DNA from: Rhodosorus marinus CCMP1338
Taxonomy: Eukaryota; Plantae; Rhodophyta
Length of the DNA: 47,807 bases
Direction of reading: 5' to 3'
NCBI GenBank assembly: GCA_029953675.1
Contig: JAMWBK010000014.1
Coordinates: forward strand, 1 to 47,807
Under the pieces are notes generated by a model. The model had not been told where the DNA came from. It saw only the letters and a program-made list of their open reading frames with translations, and ran no database searches. Positions 20,993 through 31,060 of this stretch are shown piece by piece. A program made the position numbers and the translations under genes. Each line of letters starts with the position of its first letter. The stretch's first letter is position 1.

Positions 20993-23727
20993 GTGCAGGA
21001 GACGACAGTCAATCAGCGCCCGGCGGTTACGCATGCTGGGGCCAACGGCGGGACTTATCAATACATGGCTCCGGAATGCGTGAGCGAGGACCAACCGTCT
21101 TTCAACAGGAAGACGGACGTTTTCAGCTTTCGGGTTCTTGTGTGGGAGCTGTTCTCTGGGGAGGTTTCATACAAGTAGCTGCAGTTGAGTTCAATATTTC
21201 GTCAGTTGCAATAAGGCACCTACGAATTTCCGCCGTTGGCCATGATAGAGCGTGGTTGCCCCGAGGAGGTGACGACACTGACGTGTGAATGTTTTTCTAA
21301 AGCAGCAGAGGAACGGCCAGAGTTTGGAACAATTGTAGTCCGACTGAGTGAGACTCTGTCAGGACTTGATCCAGGGCGGGAAAAGAGTTTGGACCCAAGA
21401 AAAGCACCCGAGTCGCCAGCGGAAGTTGAAGATAGAGTGTCGACCGTGATGAGCGATGAAGCGAGTGACGAATCATGCAAAAATGAATCTAGAAATGGAA
21501 AAGATAACTGTCAGACTCCTAAGGAGGGAGCTGTGGTCAGCACGATCGGATCAGAACAGCCTGCGAAGGCAGGCAGTTCTCGTAGATTGTTGCCGGAATC
21601 CGGAAAGGGTCCCAGGGATTTAGACGAATCTGGATTTGGGGCGTTAGGGCGTGCTATAGCAGGTGCGAACTGGGACCTAGAGTTGGCAGGGGAGTACCTG
21701 CACAAGTGCGCTGAGATGGGGAAGGAGGGTGAAACGTTTACATATTTGCTGGAGTCGGGGGAAACGTATTTGCTCAAAGACGAGATGGCCAAGTGGTTGT
21801 CACACGTCAGCAACGAGGGTAGGAGCGTCCTTCATTCCTGTGCGCGATACCAGAAGAAGGGAGAGACGTTGAAAGAGTTTCTGGAGTACGGGGGAAAATA
21901 TTTAACAAAAGAAGAGATGCTCAAGCGCTTGTTGGACGTCGACAACTACGGTGAGAGCGCCCTTCATGCATGTGCGAGGAGGAGGGGAGAGGCGCTGATA
22001 GAGTTGCTGGAGTACGGGGGAAAGTATTTACCCAAAGACGAGGTGGCCAAGTGGTTGTCGCAAGTCAACAAAACCGGTCGTACGGTCCTTGATTTGTGTG
22101 CGGGAAATTCGGGCGAGACGCTGATAAAGTTGCTGGAATATGGGGGAATGTATTTACCCAAAGACGAGATGGCCAAGTGGTTGTCGCACGTCGACAATGA
22201 CGGTTGTAGCAACCTTCATACATTGGTGGGAAACCCGGACAAAGGAGAGACGTTGATAGAGTTGCTGGAGTATGGGGAAAGGCATTTACCCAGAGACGAG
22301 ATGGCCAAGTGGTTGTCGCACGTCGACAATGACGGTTTTAGCGTCCTTCATACATGTGCGAGAAACTCGTACAAACGAGAGACGTTGATAGAGTTGCTGG
22401 AGTATGGGGAAAGGCATTTACTCGAAGAAGAGATGGCCAAATGGTTGTCCCGCGTCGTGGACGACGGTTGGACCGTCCTTCATTTCTGTGCGCAATTCCA
22501 GGAGAGGGTTCACCTGATAAAGTTGTTGGAGTATGGGGAAAAGTATTTACCCCGAGATGAGATGGCCATGTGGTTGTCGCACGTCGACAACTACGGTGAG
22601 CGCGTCCTTCCTGTATGTGCGCGATACCAGGAGAAGGGAGAGACGTTGATAAAGTTGCTGGAGTATTGGGGAGAGTATTTACCCAAAGAAGAGATGGCCA
22701 CGTGGTTGTCGGAAGTCAACGGCCATGAGAGCGTCCTTCATATCTGTGCGGGAAACGAGGAGAGGGGAGAGACGTTGATAAGGGTGATGGAGTATGGGGA
22801 AAAGTATTTTCCCAAACAAGAGATGGCCAAGTGTTTGTTGCACGTCGACAACTTCGCTTGTGGCGTCCTTGATAGATGTGCGGAAATCCCGTGGAAGGGC
22901 GAGACGCTGATAAAGTTGCTGGAGTATGGGGGAAAGCATTTACCCAAAGACGAGATGGCCAAGTGGCTGTCACACGTGAACCACTTCGGTTCGAGCGTCC
23001 TTCTTTATGTGCGAAATACCAGGAGAAAGAAGAGACGTTGATAAGGTTGCTGGAGTATGGGGGAAAGTATTTACCGAAAGAAGAGATGGCCAAGTGGTTG
23101 TCAGACGTCAACAACACCGGTTGGAACGTCCTTGATCTATGTGCGCAACACCAGGAGAAGGGAGAGGCATTGATACAGTTGCTGGAGTATGGGGAAAAGT
23201 ATTTACCCAAAGAAGAGATGGCCTACTGGTTGTCACACGTCGACAGCGGAGGTTCGAGCGTCCTTCATTTTTGTGCGGCACACCAGAGGGAGGGAGAGAC
23301 GTTGATAAAGTTGCTGGAGTATGGGAAAGAGTATTTACTCGAAAAAGAGATGGCCAAGTGGTTGTCACACATCAACTGCTACGGCGAGAGCGTCCTTCAG
23401 TTATTTGCGGAAAACCAGGAGAAAGGAGAGACGTTGATAAAGTTGCTGGAGTATGGGGAAAAACACTTACCCAAAGAAGAGATGGCCAAGTGGTTGTCAC
23501 ACGTCATGGACGACAGTATATCGACGCAGGTTCGATCCGCGTTCTTCGCGAGAATTTTCGAACGTACATAGCAGGAGCCGTTGATAAAGTTACTGGAGGA
23601 CGGGGGAACGTGTTTACCTGGAGAGGTATTGGAAGAACTGTTTTCAGGCGACATTTCAAACGAACGGAACGATTTTCGGTCTCCTGAGGCTCAGGGCAGG
23701 AATTTTCGGGACGAAAGACGTTCCTAG
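20993..23727 (+). pseudogene. Protein kinase (C-lobe only, TKL-like) fused to ~14 tandem 42-44-aa ankyrin-like repeats
   Basis: GTYQYMAPE, DVFSF..LVWELFSG and C..RPEF..IV..L lie in one frame, with stops at 21176-21178 and 21212-21214. Repeat consensus ETLIKLLEYGEKYLPKEEMAKWLSHVDxxGxSVLHxCA (about 21730-23510). Frameshift near 23000 and stop at 23569-23571. Confidence 0.85.
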
Positions 23728-23879
23728 TGGCAAAGACAGGTTCACGAGGAGAAAGCGAATTGCCGAGGTCGGAGACGCGGGGAAAGTTGTTGAGGCCTCC
23801 ATGTACATCTGTCCCCCAAGTATCCCAGCGGAAATAACCCCAAATTGCTGTGAAAGACCCAATTTGGGTTTATTCGCGA

Positions 23880-24175
23880 CTGCCGTGATTACCAATGTGA
23901 GTCTGCGCGAGTGTATATGGTACACAACCAAGCTTCGTCAAATTCGTCATGCATAACCCCAGACTCGGAAAAGCCGTTCCGACAGACCTGCCTTCTACCG
24001 ATTACCTGCCGTTAGATTACCTGCCGTGGTGACCAATGACGGTGAGTCTGTGCGAGTGTATGCTAGTAAAGTCCAGTATATATGGTAAACCAAGCTTCGT
24101 CAGGTTCGACATGTCTAACGATGGACTCGGAAAAGCCGTTCCGACAGGCCTGCCTTCTACGGATTACCAGCGGGA
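23880..24175. repeat. Imperfect tandem duplication of a ~130-150-bp unit
   Basis: GTGAGTCTG.GCGAGTGTA...CCAAGCTTCGTCA...GACTCGGAAAAGCCGTTCCGACAG.CCTGCCTTCTAC occurs twice. Confidence 0.85.
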
Positions 24176-24569
24176 TTACCCCAGAATGAACGAATGGTTT
24201 AATCGGAGGGATTAGAATAACGTAATCCCACCTAGTGCTTCTAAATACATAGTTCTTTTCGTCGATACGGCATTCAGTTTACTCCATAAGACGAAACGAA
24301 AAAACCCACGAATGCACTTTAAGATGTTCTTTTTGAAAAAAAGATTTTCTGGTTCATTCAAATTTTGTTTATAACTTGAAAGTTCAACGGCCTGTCAGCG
24401 AGTTTGAGCCGAACCATTTATGTATCCGTTTATCTTCCTTCCATCTCTCAGAGCATACCATCCTGATCGGTGGGGAATCCATGACTTGCATAGGTGTTCT
24501 TAGCTCATTAGTGAACTCAAGGAAAATTGTCAAAGCTAACCTTCGCATACAAAAAACCTTGGTTCTACA

Positions 24570-24835
24570 TACGTGCCTGAAATACATCCTGAGCGAACAC
24601 TTGACAAGAGTTGGCTCGTGTTCGAGATCGACTCGGCACTGCCTCGAAAACCTTCCGCAAACACCCCTACTCGTTGCATAGCAGATCTCCTGGTATCGGA
24701 CGCAACCCCCAGACGCTCAACATATGCGGTACTGGTTTTACTAACACAGCCTAATGCTCTGGTTTTTATTGGCTGGCTTTATTGGCATAGCCTAAACCGC
24801 TACGCAAGGCGTGAAAAGGAACTAAGCACTAGGTG
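24570..24835. mobile_element. RLE-B remnants (RLE coding on +, then 3' ends on -)
   Basis: LKYILSEHLTR..RCIADLLVSDA..RRSTY, followed by TACTGGTTTTACTAACACAGCC and GCTACGCAAGGCGTGAA. Confidence 0.75.
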
Positions 24836-24922
24836 AATGAATGGTGAGGTGGCAATAGGGCCGGCTCTATCTGCCCTATCATATTACGATACTAATTTCA
24901 ACGGTTTGGCCTTAAAAAAAAC

Positions 24923-25351
24923 GTGATCACCGGTGACGACAGCCGCCGTACCACATACGTTGATCTTGCTGTTCCTAACCCTCAAGCTAGTCGTTATCTC
25001 CCGGCTGCGGGGGAGCGCCGTGGATCAGCCGCCGCCAGCATGAGACGCCGCAAAGAGATTAAATACGCGGGGGCTTTGTCTTCCCCTGGTGTTCGTGCTT
25101 CGGCACTAGCACATCGCTTGGTACCCCTGATCATTGAGTGCTTTGGGTTCATGGACTCTGTTGTTCTCGCTGGCTTCGGGAGTTGTTCCGCGAACGCCCT
25201 GACCGTCTTCAATCGTTGTTTACCCGCTTAAGTTTCCTGCTGTGGCGCATGAATGCCGCTTTGATGTTGGAGGCGCGAGTACTTCGCCGCGCTTAGTCTT
25301 TTTTTCCCCTCGGGGTTTTTTTTTTCAGCCTCCGATTAAACCATTCGTTCG
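24923..25351 (+). mobile_element. Young 5'-truncated RLE-A insertion
   Basis: Near-identical to 33068-33500. Ends AAACCATTCGTTCG. Confidence 0.92.
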
Positions 25352-26810
25352 TAAAAAAGTGTGCCTGTGAAGAGTTCTTGACAACACAGCAGAGGAACGC
25401 TGTGTTCTCAAGAAGTCTTCCGGCGGTTTGTGATGGGTTACGGAGTTGGGTTGGGTGAATTTTTGGTTATCATATTCTTTGCTCGTGGGAGGCGCTGCCT
25501 TCCGTCGTCTTTGCCCAGGGTTGTTTGGGTGTGTGGCTTGTCGGCGGACTTTCTCTCCTTCTCTTGGGTTGTGGTGGAGGTTTCGGGGTGCTTTGTATTG
25601 GGTATTAGCCAGTCTTTGTGGGGCTTTTGTCGTGAAACTTCTCCTCGCCACACTCTTTTGTGATGGCTGGGGTCTCCCCACCTCTTCCGGTGGCCGGCGC
25701 TGCCGTCTCTCCGCCCATGGAGCTGCAAGTGGGCGCATTCAGCACCCAGGCCACTCTCAGCAACTCCCAACTCTGCTGTACCCCTCCAAATCTCCGGCCA
25801 AAACACCCCCCTGAACTTTCCCTGAGGCCGAATCCTGCCCCTGCAAGTGTCTCTCAGCCCTCCTATTCCCAAGTCCTTCGTCGGGGCTCCTCTGAAGAAC
25901 CCACGACGGCCATGGTGCGTATGATGCCTTCCCCCGTGGCCACGCCTGCATTCTCTCGCCAGCTCTCTCCGTTTCATCTCGTCTGGATAACGAACGTGCG
26001 CCCCCAAACCCCTTCTCGTTGTCGGGGTCGCACGCTCGTTCACTACCGTGATTTCCGCGATACGATGGCCTCCTCACTTGGAGTCGATCCATCTGAGTTC
26101 ATCTATATGGATTTCAATGGAACTCATGCCTGTTTCCTCGTCACAGAGTTTGCTTATCAATGCCTTACCTCGCTTGTCGCCATTCCTGAGCCCCAACGGT
26201 CTGCCCTTTCAAACACGACACTGACTCGTGCCCACGTCTCATTGTTTGTTGAGTTTGACCGCTTCGACGCAGGATGGGTTCCCGCGTCGGCGCTGCAGAG
26301 CCACCCTACCACGCAAGCTCCTGTTATCGCACTGGAAACTCATGGTGCGCGACTATCACGCATCCAGTCGAGCCTCTTTGCCCGTTTCCCTCCCCCGTGG
26401 AGTCCTCCGCTCGGCGTTAGAGGACTTCCTCGCCGCTGAGGCCGCTCTGATGGAAGCTCATCCGGCCTTTTACCTCTACCGAGCGACTCCTGCCCGCCCT
26501 CCTCCCCTTGACATGTGGGCGGCCCCATCGTGCTCCCCGAATCCGCTGGCTTTGGACCACCTCAGCGAAGACTCCGTTCCTGACAATCCTGCATCTGCCT
26601 TCTTTAGGTCTTTTAGTTCCTTCGCTCGTACGCCACGTAAGCGACGTGCCGCCCTGAGTCACCCTCAGAGGGCCCCCCACCGGATACCCGCAACGCCTCC
26701 GCCGCTGAGAGGACGCCTGATGTCTGGGTCCTCTTACCCCGCCCGGGTGTCACCCGTGTCCGTCCTGTTCTCCGATGCCCCCTCCACCTGGCGCGAGGCG
26801 CAGGTTGGCT
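25352..26810 (+). mobile_element. RLE-A2 (sister family): 5' UTR, ORF1 (from about 25660) and start of ORF2; 3' part lost
   Basis: ORF1 is homologous to RLE-A ORF1 (YSQVLRRGSSE, RQLSPFH, TNVRPQTPSR, FVEFDRFDAGW). ORF2 begins MSGSSY at 26720. Abrupt junction to Gypsy integrase near 26810. Confidence 0.85.
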
Positions 26811-27140
26811 TTTGATAGCGTTGTTGATCGTGTTGCCGTTGTGCGAAGACGGTTGCAGCTTCCGGTAGGGTCGTCATAGTTCGAGTTTCGTCCGGTGTAA
26901 TAAGGTCGGCTGGCAGGGGTGGATTCTTTCCGTATACTAGCTCGAATGGAGAAATTCGGTTGCTCCTGAGATTTGGCGATTCCACGTAAGTCCTGCCATC
27001 GGTAGAAAATCTGCCCAGTTCGACGTTGTTGCATTATATCGTAGGTACGTCTCCAAAATTTGATTTATCCGCTCCGTTTGTCCATCCGTCGGCGGATGAT
27101 ACGCGGTATAACTTTTCTGCTTCACCTTCAAAGAACAGAG
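26811..27140 (-). mobile_element. Gypsy-1 integrase, displaced middle segment
   Basis: LCSLKVKQKSYTAYHPPTDGQTERINQILETYLR...SPFELVYG, typical of a Ty3/Gypsy integrase core. Confidence 0.9.
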
Positions 27141-27832
27141 ATATTCCACCCGCAGCCCCGAGGGCCCTGGGGAACGGCCCTTCGGAGCATCATGAACCAA
27201 CTCACGCACCGCCTCCAGATTGACCACTAACCGCGCACTGGGATGTGGCGCGGCGCGGTACTCTTCCAACACTGATTCAAACGAGGAGTCCCAAGGGAAG
27301 CCTTCCGAGGGAAAGAGCAAACGGAGCGGTGAAGAAAGATCATCGGAGTATGGAACCACAGGTTGCCGCTGCTGGAGGATCCCGGCTGCCCGCCGCAGAT
27401 CACCGCCTGCCACCGCGTGACGCGCCCGATTCTGTCGAGAAGACCTAAAAGCTGAGGGATCACTAGGAGAAAAGGAAGAGAGAGAAGCGAAATAAAGACG
27501 TTCGAGGTCCTCAAAGTCGCCGGAGAGGAACATTTGCAGTTTTCGGCGAGGGTGGACCCGGCGAGGATGTGGGTTGAGGGGGACGGTAGAGGAGGTGAGC
27601 ACGAGGCGGGGAAAAAAGAACAAGAGTTCCCAGCGAAGAGAGCAGTGAGGGTTCGCGGCGACCTGCTGCCAGAGAAAATCCAACACCAATCCTAGGGGCT
27701 TATGAAGTCGACGAGGGAGCCGTACGGCCGTGCTCTGACGACAAAGGGGAAGGGAACCGTCCGGGTAGGAGGCGACAAGGTGCGAAAACCACGAGATAAC
27801 ACGCTCATGCCAGGCTGAGCGGTCACTGGGGT

Positions 27833-27955
27833 GTTTCCTGCTGTGGCGCATGAATGCCGCTTTGATGTTGGAGGCGCGAGTACTTCGCCGCGCTTAGTCT
27901 TTTTTTCCCCTCGGGGTTTTTTTTTTCAGCCTCCGATTAAACCATTCGTTCGTTC
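27833..27955 (+). mobile_element. RLE-A 3' fragment nested antisense in copy 3
   Basis: Interrupts GGTCACTGG|TAAACAGG of the host (compare 3567-3583). Tail CATTCGTTCGTTC; 2-bp GG duplication. Confidence 0.92.
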
Positions 27956-28001
27956 GGTAAACAGGGGTAACCGGGACGACACGCACGCGGAGGAGGAAGA
28001 C

Positions 28002-29300
28002 TCAGACATCGGGCCTCCCCTCAGTCGGGAAGGCAGATCGAATATCCGGAGGAGGTGCCTCGGAGGGAGGCTCAGGAGCCGCACGACGCTTACGTGGAGG
28101 GCGCACGAAGGAACTAAAAGACCTGAAGAAAGTAGACACAGGGTTTTCAGCAGCGGAGTCTTGACTGAGGGTGTCCAGAGCCAGCGGATTCGGAGAGGCC
28201 GATGGTGCTTCTGCCATGTCGGTGTCACGAGCCTCGGAGACAGGGCGAGGGGAGGAAGGGTGCTCAAGAGTCGGCGGCAGAAGGTCAAACGCAGGGTGAG
28301 CTTCCAGCAGGGTGGCCTCAGTGGAGAGGAAGGCCTCTAGCGCGGTGCGGAGGACCCCGCGAGGAGGAAAACGCGCGAAGAGGCTCGCCTGTATGCGCGA
28401 GAGCCGCGCCGCATGAGTGTGTAGCGCGACAACCGAAGCCTGCGAGGCATCCAGGTTTTGCAAGGCCGACGGAGGAACCCAGCCGGCGTCAAAACGATCG
28501 AACTCGACAAACAAAGAGACATGAGGACGAGTCAGTATCATGTTGGCCAGAGCAGAGCGCTGGGGCGCGGGGGTGGTTACAAGCGATTGAAGGAACTGGT
28601 AAGCCGAGTCAGTAACAAGAAAACAGGCATGAGGGCCCGTGAAGTCCACATATAGGAATTCAAACGGGGCGACCCCAAGGGAGGAAGCCATGGTGTCGCG
28701 AAAATCGCGGTAGTGGACGGGCGCGCGGCCCCGACCACGAGAGGGGGTCTGGGGACGCACGTTCGTCATCCAAACAAAGTGGAACGGAGATAGTTGGCGA
28801 GAAGAGTCAATAGGGATGTGTTGTGGCATCATACGCACCATTGCCGTCGTGCGTTGTTCAGAAGAGCCCCTGCGTAGGACCTGCGAATAGGTCGCACGTG
28901 GGGCACTGGAGGGAGCAGGATTCGGGCCCGACGCGGGCCCAGGAGGCGTCTGTCCTTGAATAGGGGTAGGCCAGTCGGAATCAGGAATGACCGGAGCGGA
29001 GCGCTCGGGTCGGGTGGAGGCAGGCCCCGCTGTACCGCGCGGATCCGCGGGGACGGGCACCGGGGGGTATGGGGCAGGCGCGGAGGCGGAGAAGCGCTCC
29101 AAATAGGCGATCAGCAGGGGCAGGCGGTGTTCCTGGGAAGCAGTCACAAGAAGACTCGTCATTTTCGAGCAGATCCCATGGGCTAACTCGTCAGCGCAGT
29201 CCGTGAGGGTGGCCGCGGTACTAAACCCGCCCACGCAGAGCTCCACGCGCGCTGAGAGAACGGCTCCGTCCGCCGGAATGGGTGGGGAAACCCCAACCAT
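28002..29300 (-). CDS. RLE-A ORF1, intact, 432 aa
   Basis: Uninterrupted ORF conserved in copy 1 and in RLE-A2. Pro-rich linker, then a conserved alpha/beta-like block (VWMTNV..YRDFR..LGV..YVDF.G.HACFLV). Confidence 0.85.
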   Translation of the reverse strand: MVGVSPPIPADGAVLSARVELCVGGFSTAATLTDCADELAHGICSKMTSLLVTASQEHRLPLLIAYLERFSASAPAPYPPVPVPADPRGTAGPASTRPERSAPVIPDSDWPTPIQGQTPPGPASGPNPAPSSAPRATYSQVLRRGSSEQRTTAMVRMMPQHIPIDSSRQLSPFHFVWMTNVRPQTPSRGRGRAPVHYRDFRDTMASSLGVAPFEFLYVDFTGPHACFLVTDSAYQFLQSLVTTPAPQRSALANMILTRPHVSLFVEFDRFDAGWVPPSALQNLDASQASVVALHTHAARLSRIQASLFARFPPRGVLRTALEAFLSTEATLLEAHPAFDLLPPTLEHPSSPRPVSEARDTDMAEAPSASPNPLALDTLSQDSAAENPVSTFFRSFSSFVRPPRKRRAAPEPPSEAPPPDIRSAFPTEGRPDV

Positions 29301-29589
29301 AACGATTGGAAGGTGTGAAAAACCGATTCATCCACGAAACCCCCAAAAAGAGAACTTGTTCCCAACGTTTGCAACCAAAGAAAAACCACCACGACCCCCA
29401 AGGGGCGCTAGCAACCCCCAGCACGCACCACACCACTAGAAGATGCGGGGGAAAGGCTGCAGAAAGAAGCGCCTCCCACCGAAGAACACAATTGCGACTC
29501 AAAACCACCAAAAGCCAGCACCATACACCCTCACGAAACCAAAAACTGATTCGTTTTACTGAGTATCCTGTTATTATCGAATGAATGAA

Positions 29590-29820
29590 TGAAGAGATTT
29601 TGCGTTATTATCAACGCAAAATCTCCAACTCCCGGATTCAAAAGTTTTTCCGCCCAGATATGTTGGGCCTTTCAAAATTCCACGCAAAGTTGGCGAAGTT
29701 GCGTATCAACTGGAGCTCGGAGGGAATCATCAAATCCATGACGTTTTTCACGTATCGCTTCTACGTAAGTTTAACGGAGCCGAACCAGAAATGACCGAAG
29801 TGACAAGGGCACTCTTACCA
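29590..29820 (+). mobile_element. Gypsy-1 integrase C-terminal (GPY/F) segment, inverted
   Basis: The + strand reads DFALLSTQNLQLPDSKVFPPRYVGPFKI..VGEVAYQLEL..IHDVFHVSLLRK. Confidence 0.85.
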
Positions 29821-31060
29821 GACACCCAACAACGCGAAGTGTAGTCAGTATCTCGGTCGGAAACAATTTCTCTGGGTAACCCCGCAAACCTAACCCAATG
29901 GCGTAGGAATAGCTCTGCAACCTTCTGCGCAGAAACGTCAGTGGTTGTCAGAATAAAACGAGAATACTTGGTGAAGCGATCCACGATGACAAAGATGGAG
30001 TCGAACCCTTCCGCAGTCATAGGTAGGCGAATGATAAAGTCCATAGAAATTGACTGGAACTTCCCATCTGGAATGGGTAGAGGTTGGAGTGTGCCCGCTG
30101 TCGATCGTAGAGGTTTTTGTCGTTGACAGACATCACAGTGTCTTAGCATTTGTTCGATGTCGTGTTTCATCGTTGACCAAAAATACTTCCTCTTAATCAG
30201 GTTCCGGGTTTTCGTTACCCCAAAGTGTCCTCCGGTTGGCTCTTCGTGATAGGTTCTGAGCAATCTATCGACCATTGATTCAGGTACACAAATACGATGA
30301 TGTCGATAGAGGACGTTATTCCTCTTGAGAAAACCCTGCTCCGCATATTCTGCAGGTCGCTGATAGATCGCCGCAAACTCTGGATCGCGTAGGTACGTCT
30401 GCGGCCAATCCACATCGGTCGTAATCGACGATACAGCCAGTTGCTGGATGGCATGTCTGCTTAGCGCATCCGCAATGTTGTCACTGCCTTTTCTGTATTC
30501 GATCGAAAACTGGAAGGGCATCAGTCTATTGATATATCGTGCCTGCCTCTTCGTGAGCTCCTTCTGCGAGTGTAAGAATCTCAACGGGTTGTGATCGGTT
30601 CTCACTAAAAATCGGTTTCCCTCCAAGTAAGTTCGCCAGTGTAAGATCGCGGTTGTCAATGCGAAAAGCTCCTGCTCATACGTTGAGTATCTGGCTTCCG
30701 CATTCGTAAATTTTTTTGAGTAATAGGCTACAGGATGTTCGCCTGTGTCGAATGTTTGTAACAGCACACCGCCCACTCCGATGTTGCTGGCGTCGGTGTG
30801 GACAATGAACTCCCGGGTAAAGTCAGGGCTACGCAGCACTGGGTGTTGAGTGATTCGCGTTCGTAAATTGTTAAACGCTGCCGCTTCTCTGGTTCCCCAA
30901 TTAAAACTCGACCCTTTCTTCGTTAATGCGGTTAACGGGGCCGCAAGTGGGCTGAACTCTGAAATGTAGCTCCGTAAATAATTAGCAAAACCCAAGAAGG
31001 ATCTTACATCCGTAACATTGGAAGGTGTCCGCCAATTCCGGATCGCCGTTTTTTTTTTTT

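Larger units (their letters stand above)
27138..29548 (-). mobile_element. RLE-A copy 3: 5' half only (5' UTR, ORF1, ORF2 up to GPSGLRVEY)
   Basis: Near-identical to 2883-5167. Confidence 0.95.

Noticed and set aside
21176-21214. Stop-codon reassignment (in-frame TAG and TAA inside the kinase)
   Set aside because: TAG and TAA end the other apparently intact genes, and the same locus also has a frameshift and a missing N-lobe. Pseudogenisation is simpler.
21730-23510. CRISPR-like repeat/spacer array
   Set aside because: The period is about 126-132 bp, in frame and protein-coding. There are no cas genes and the context is eukaryotic.
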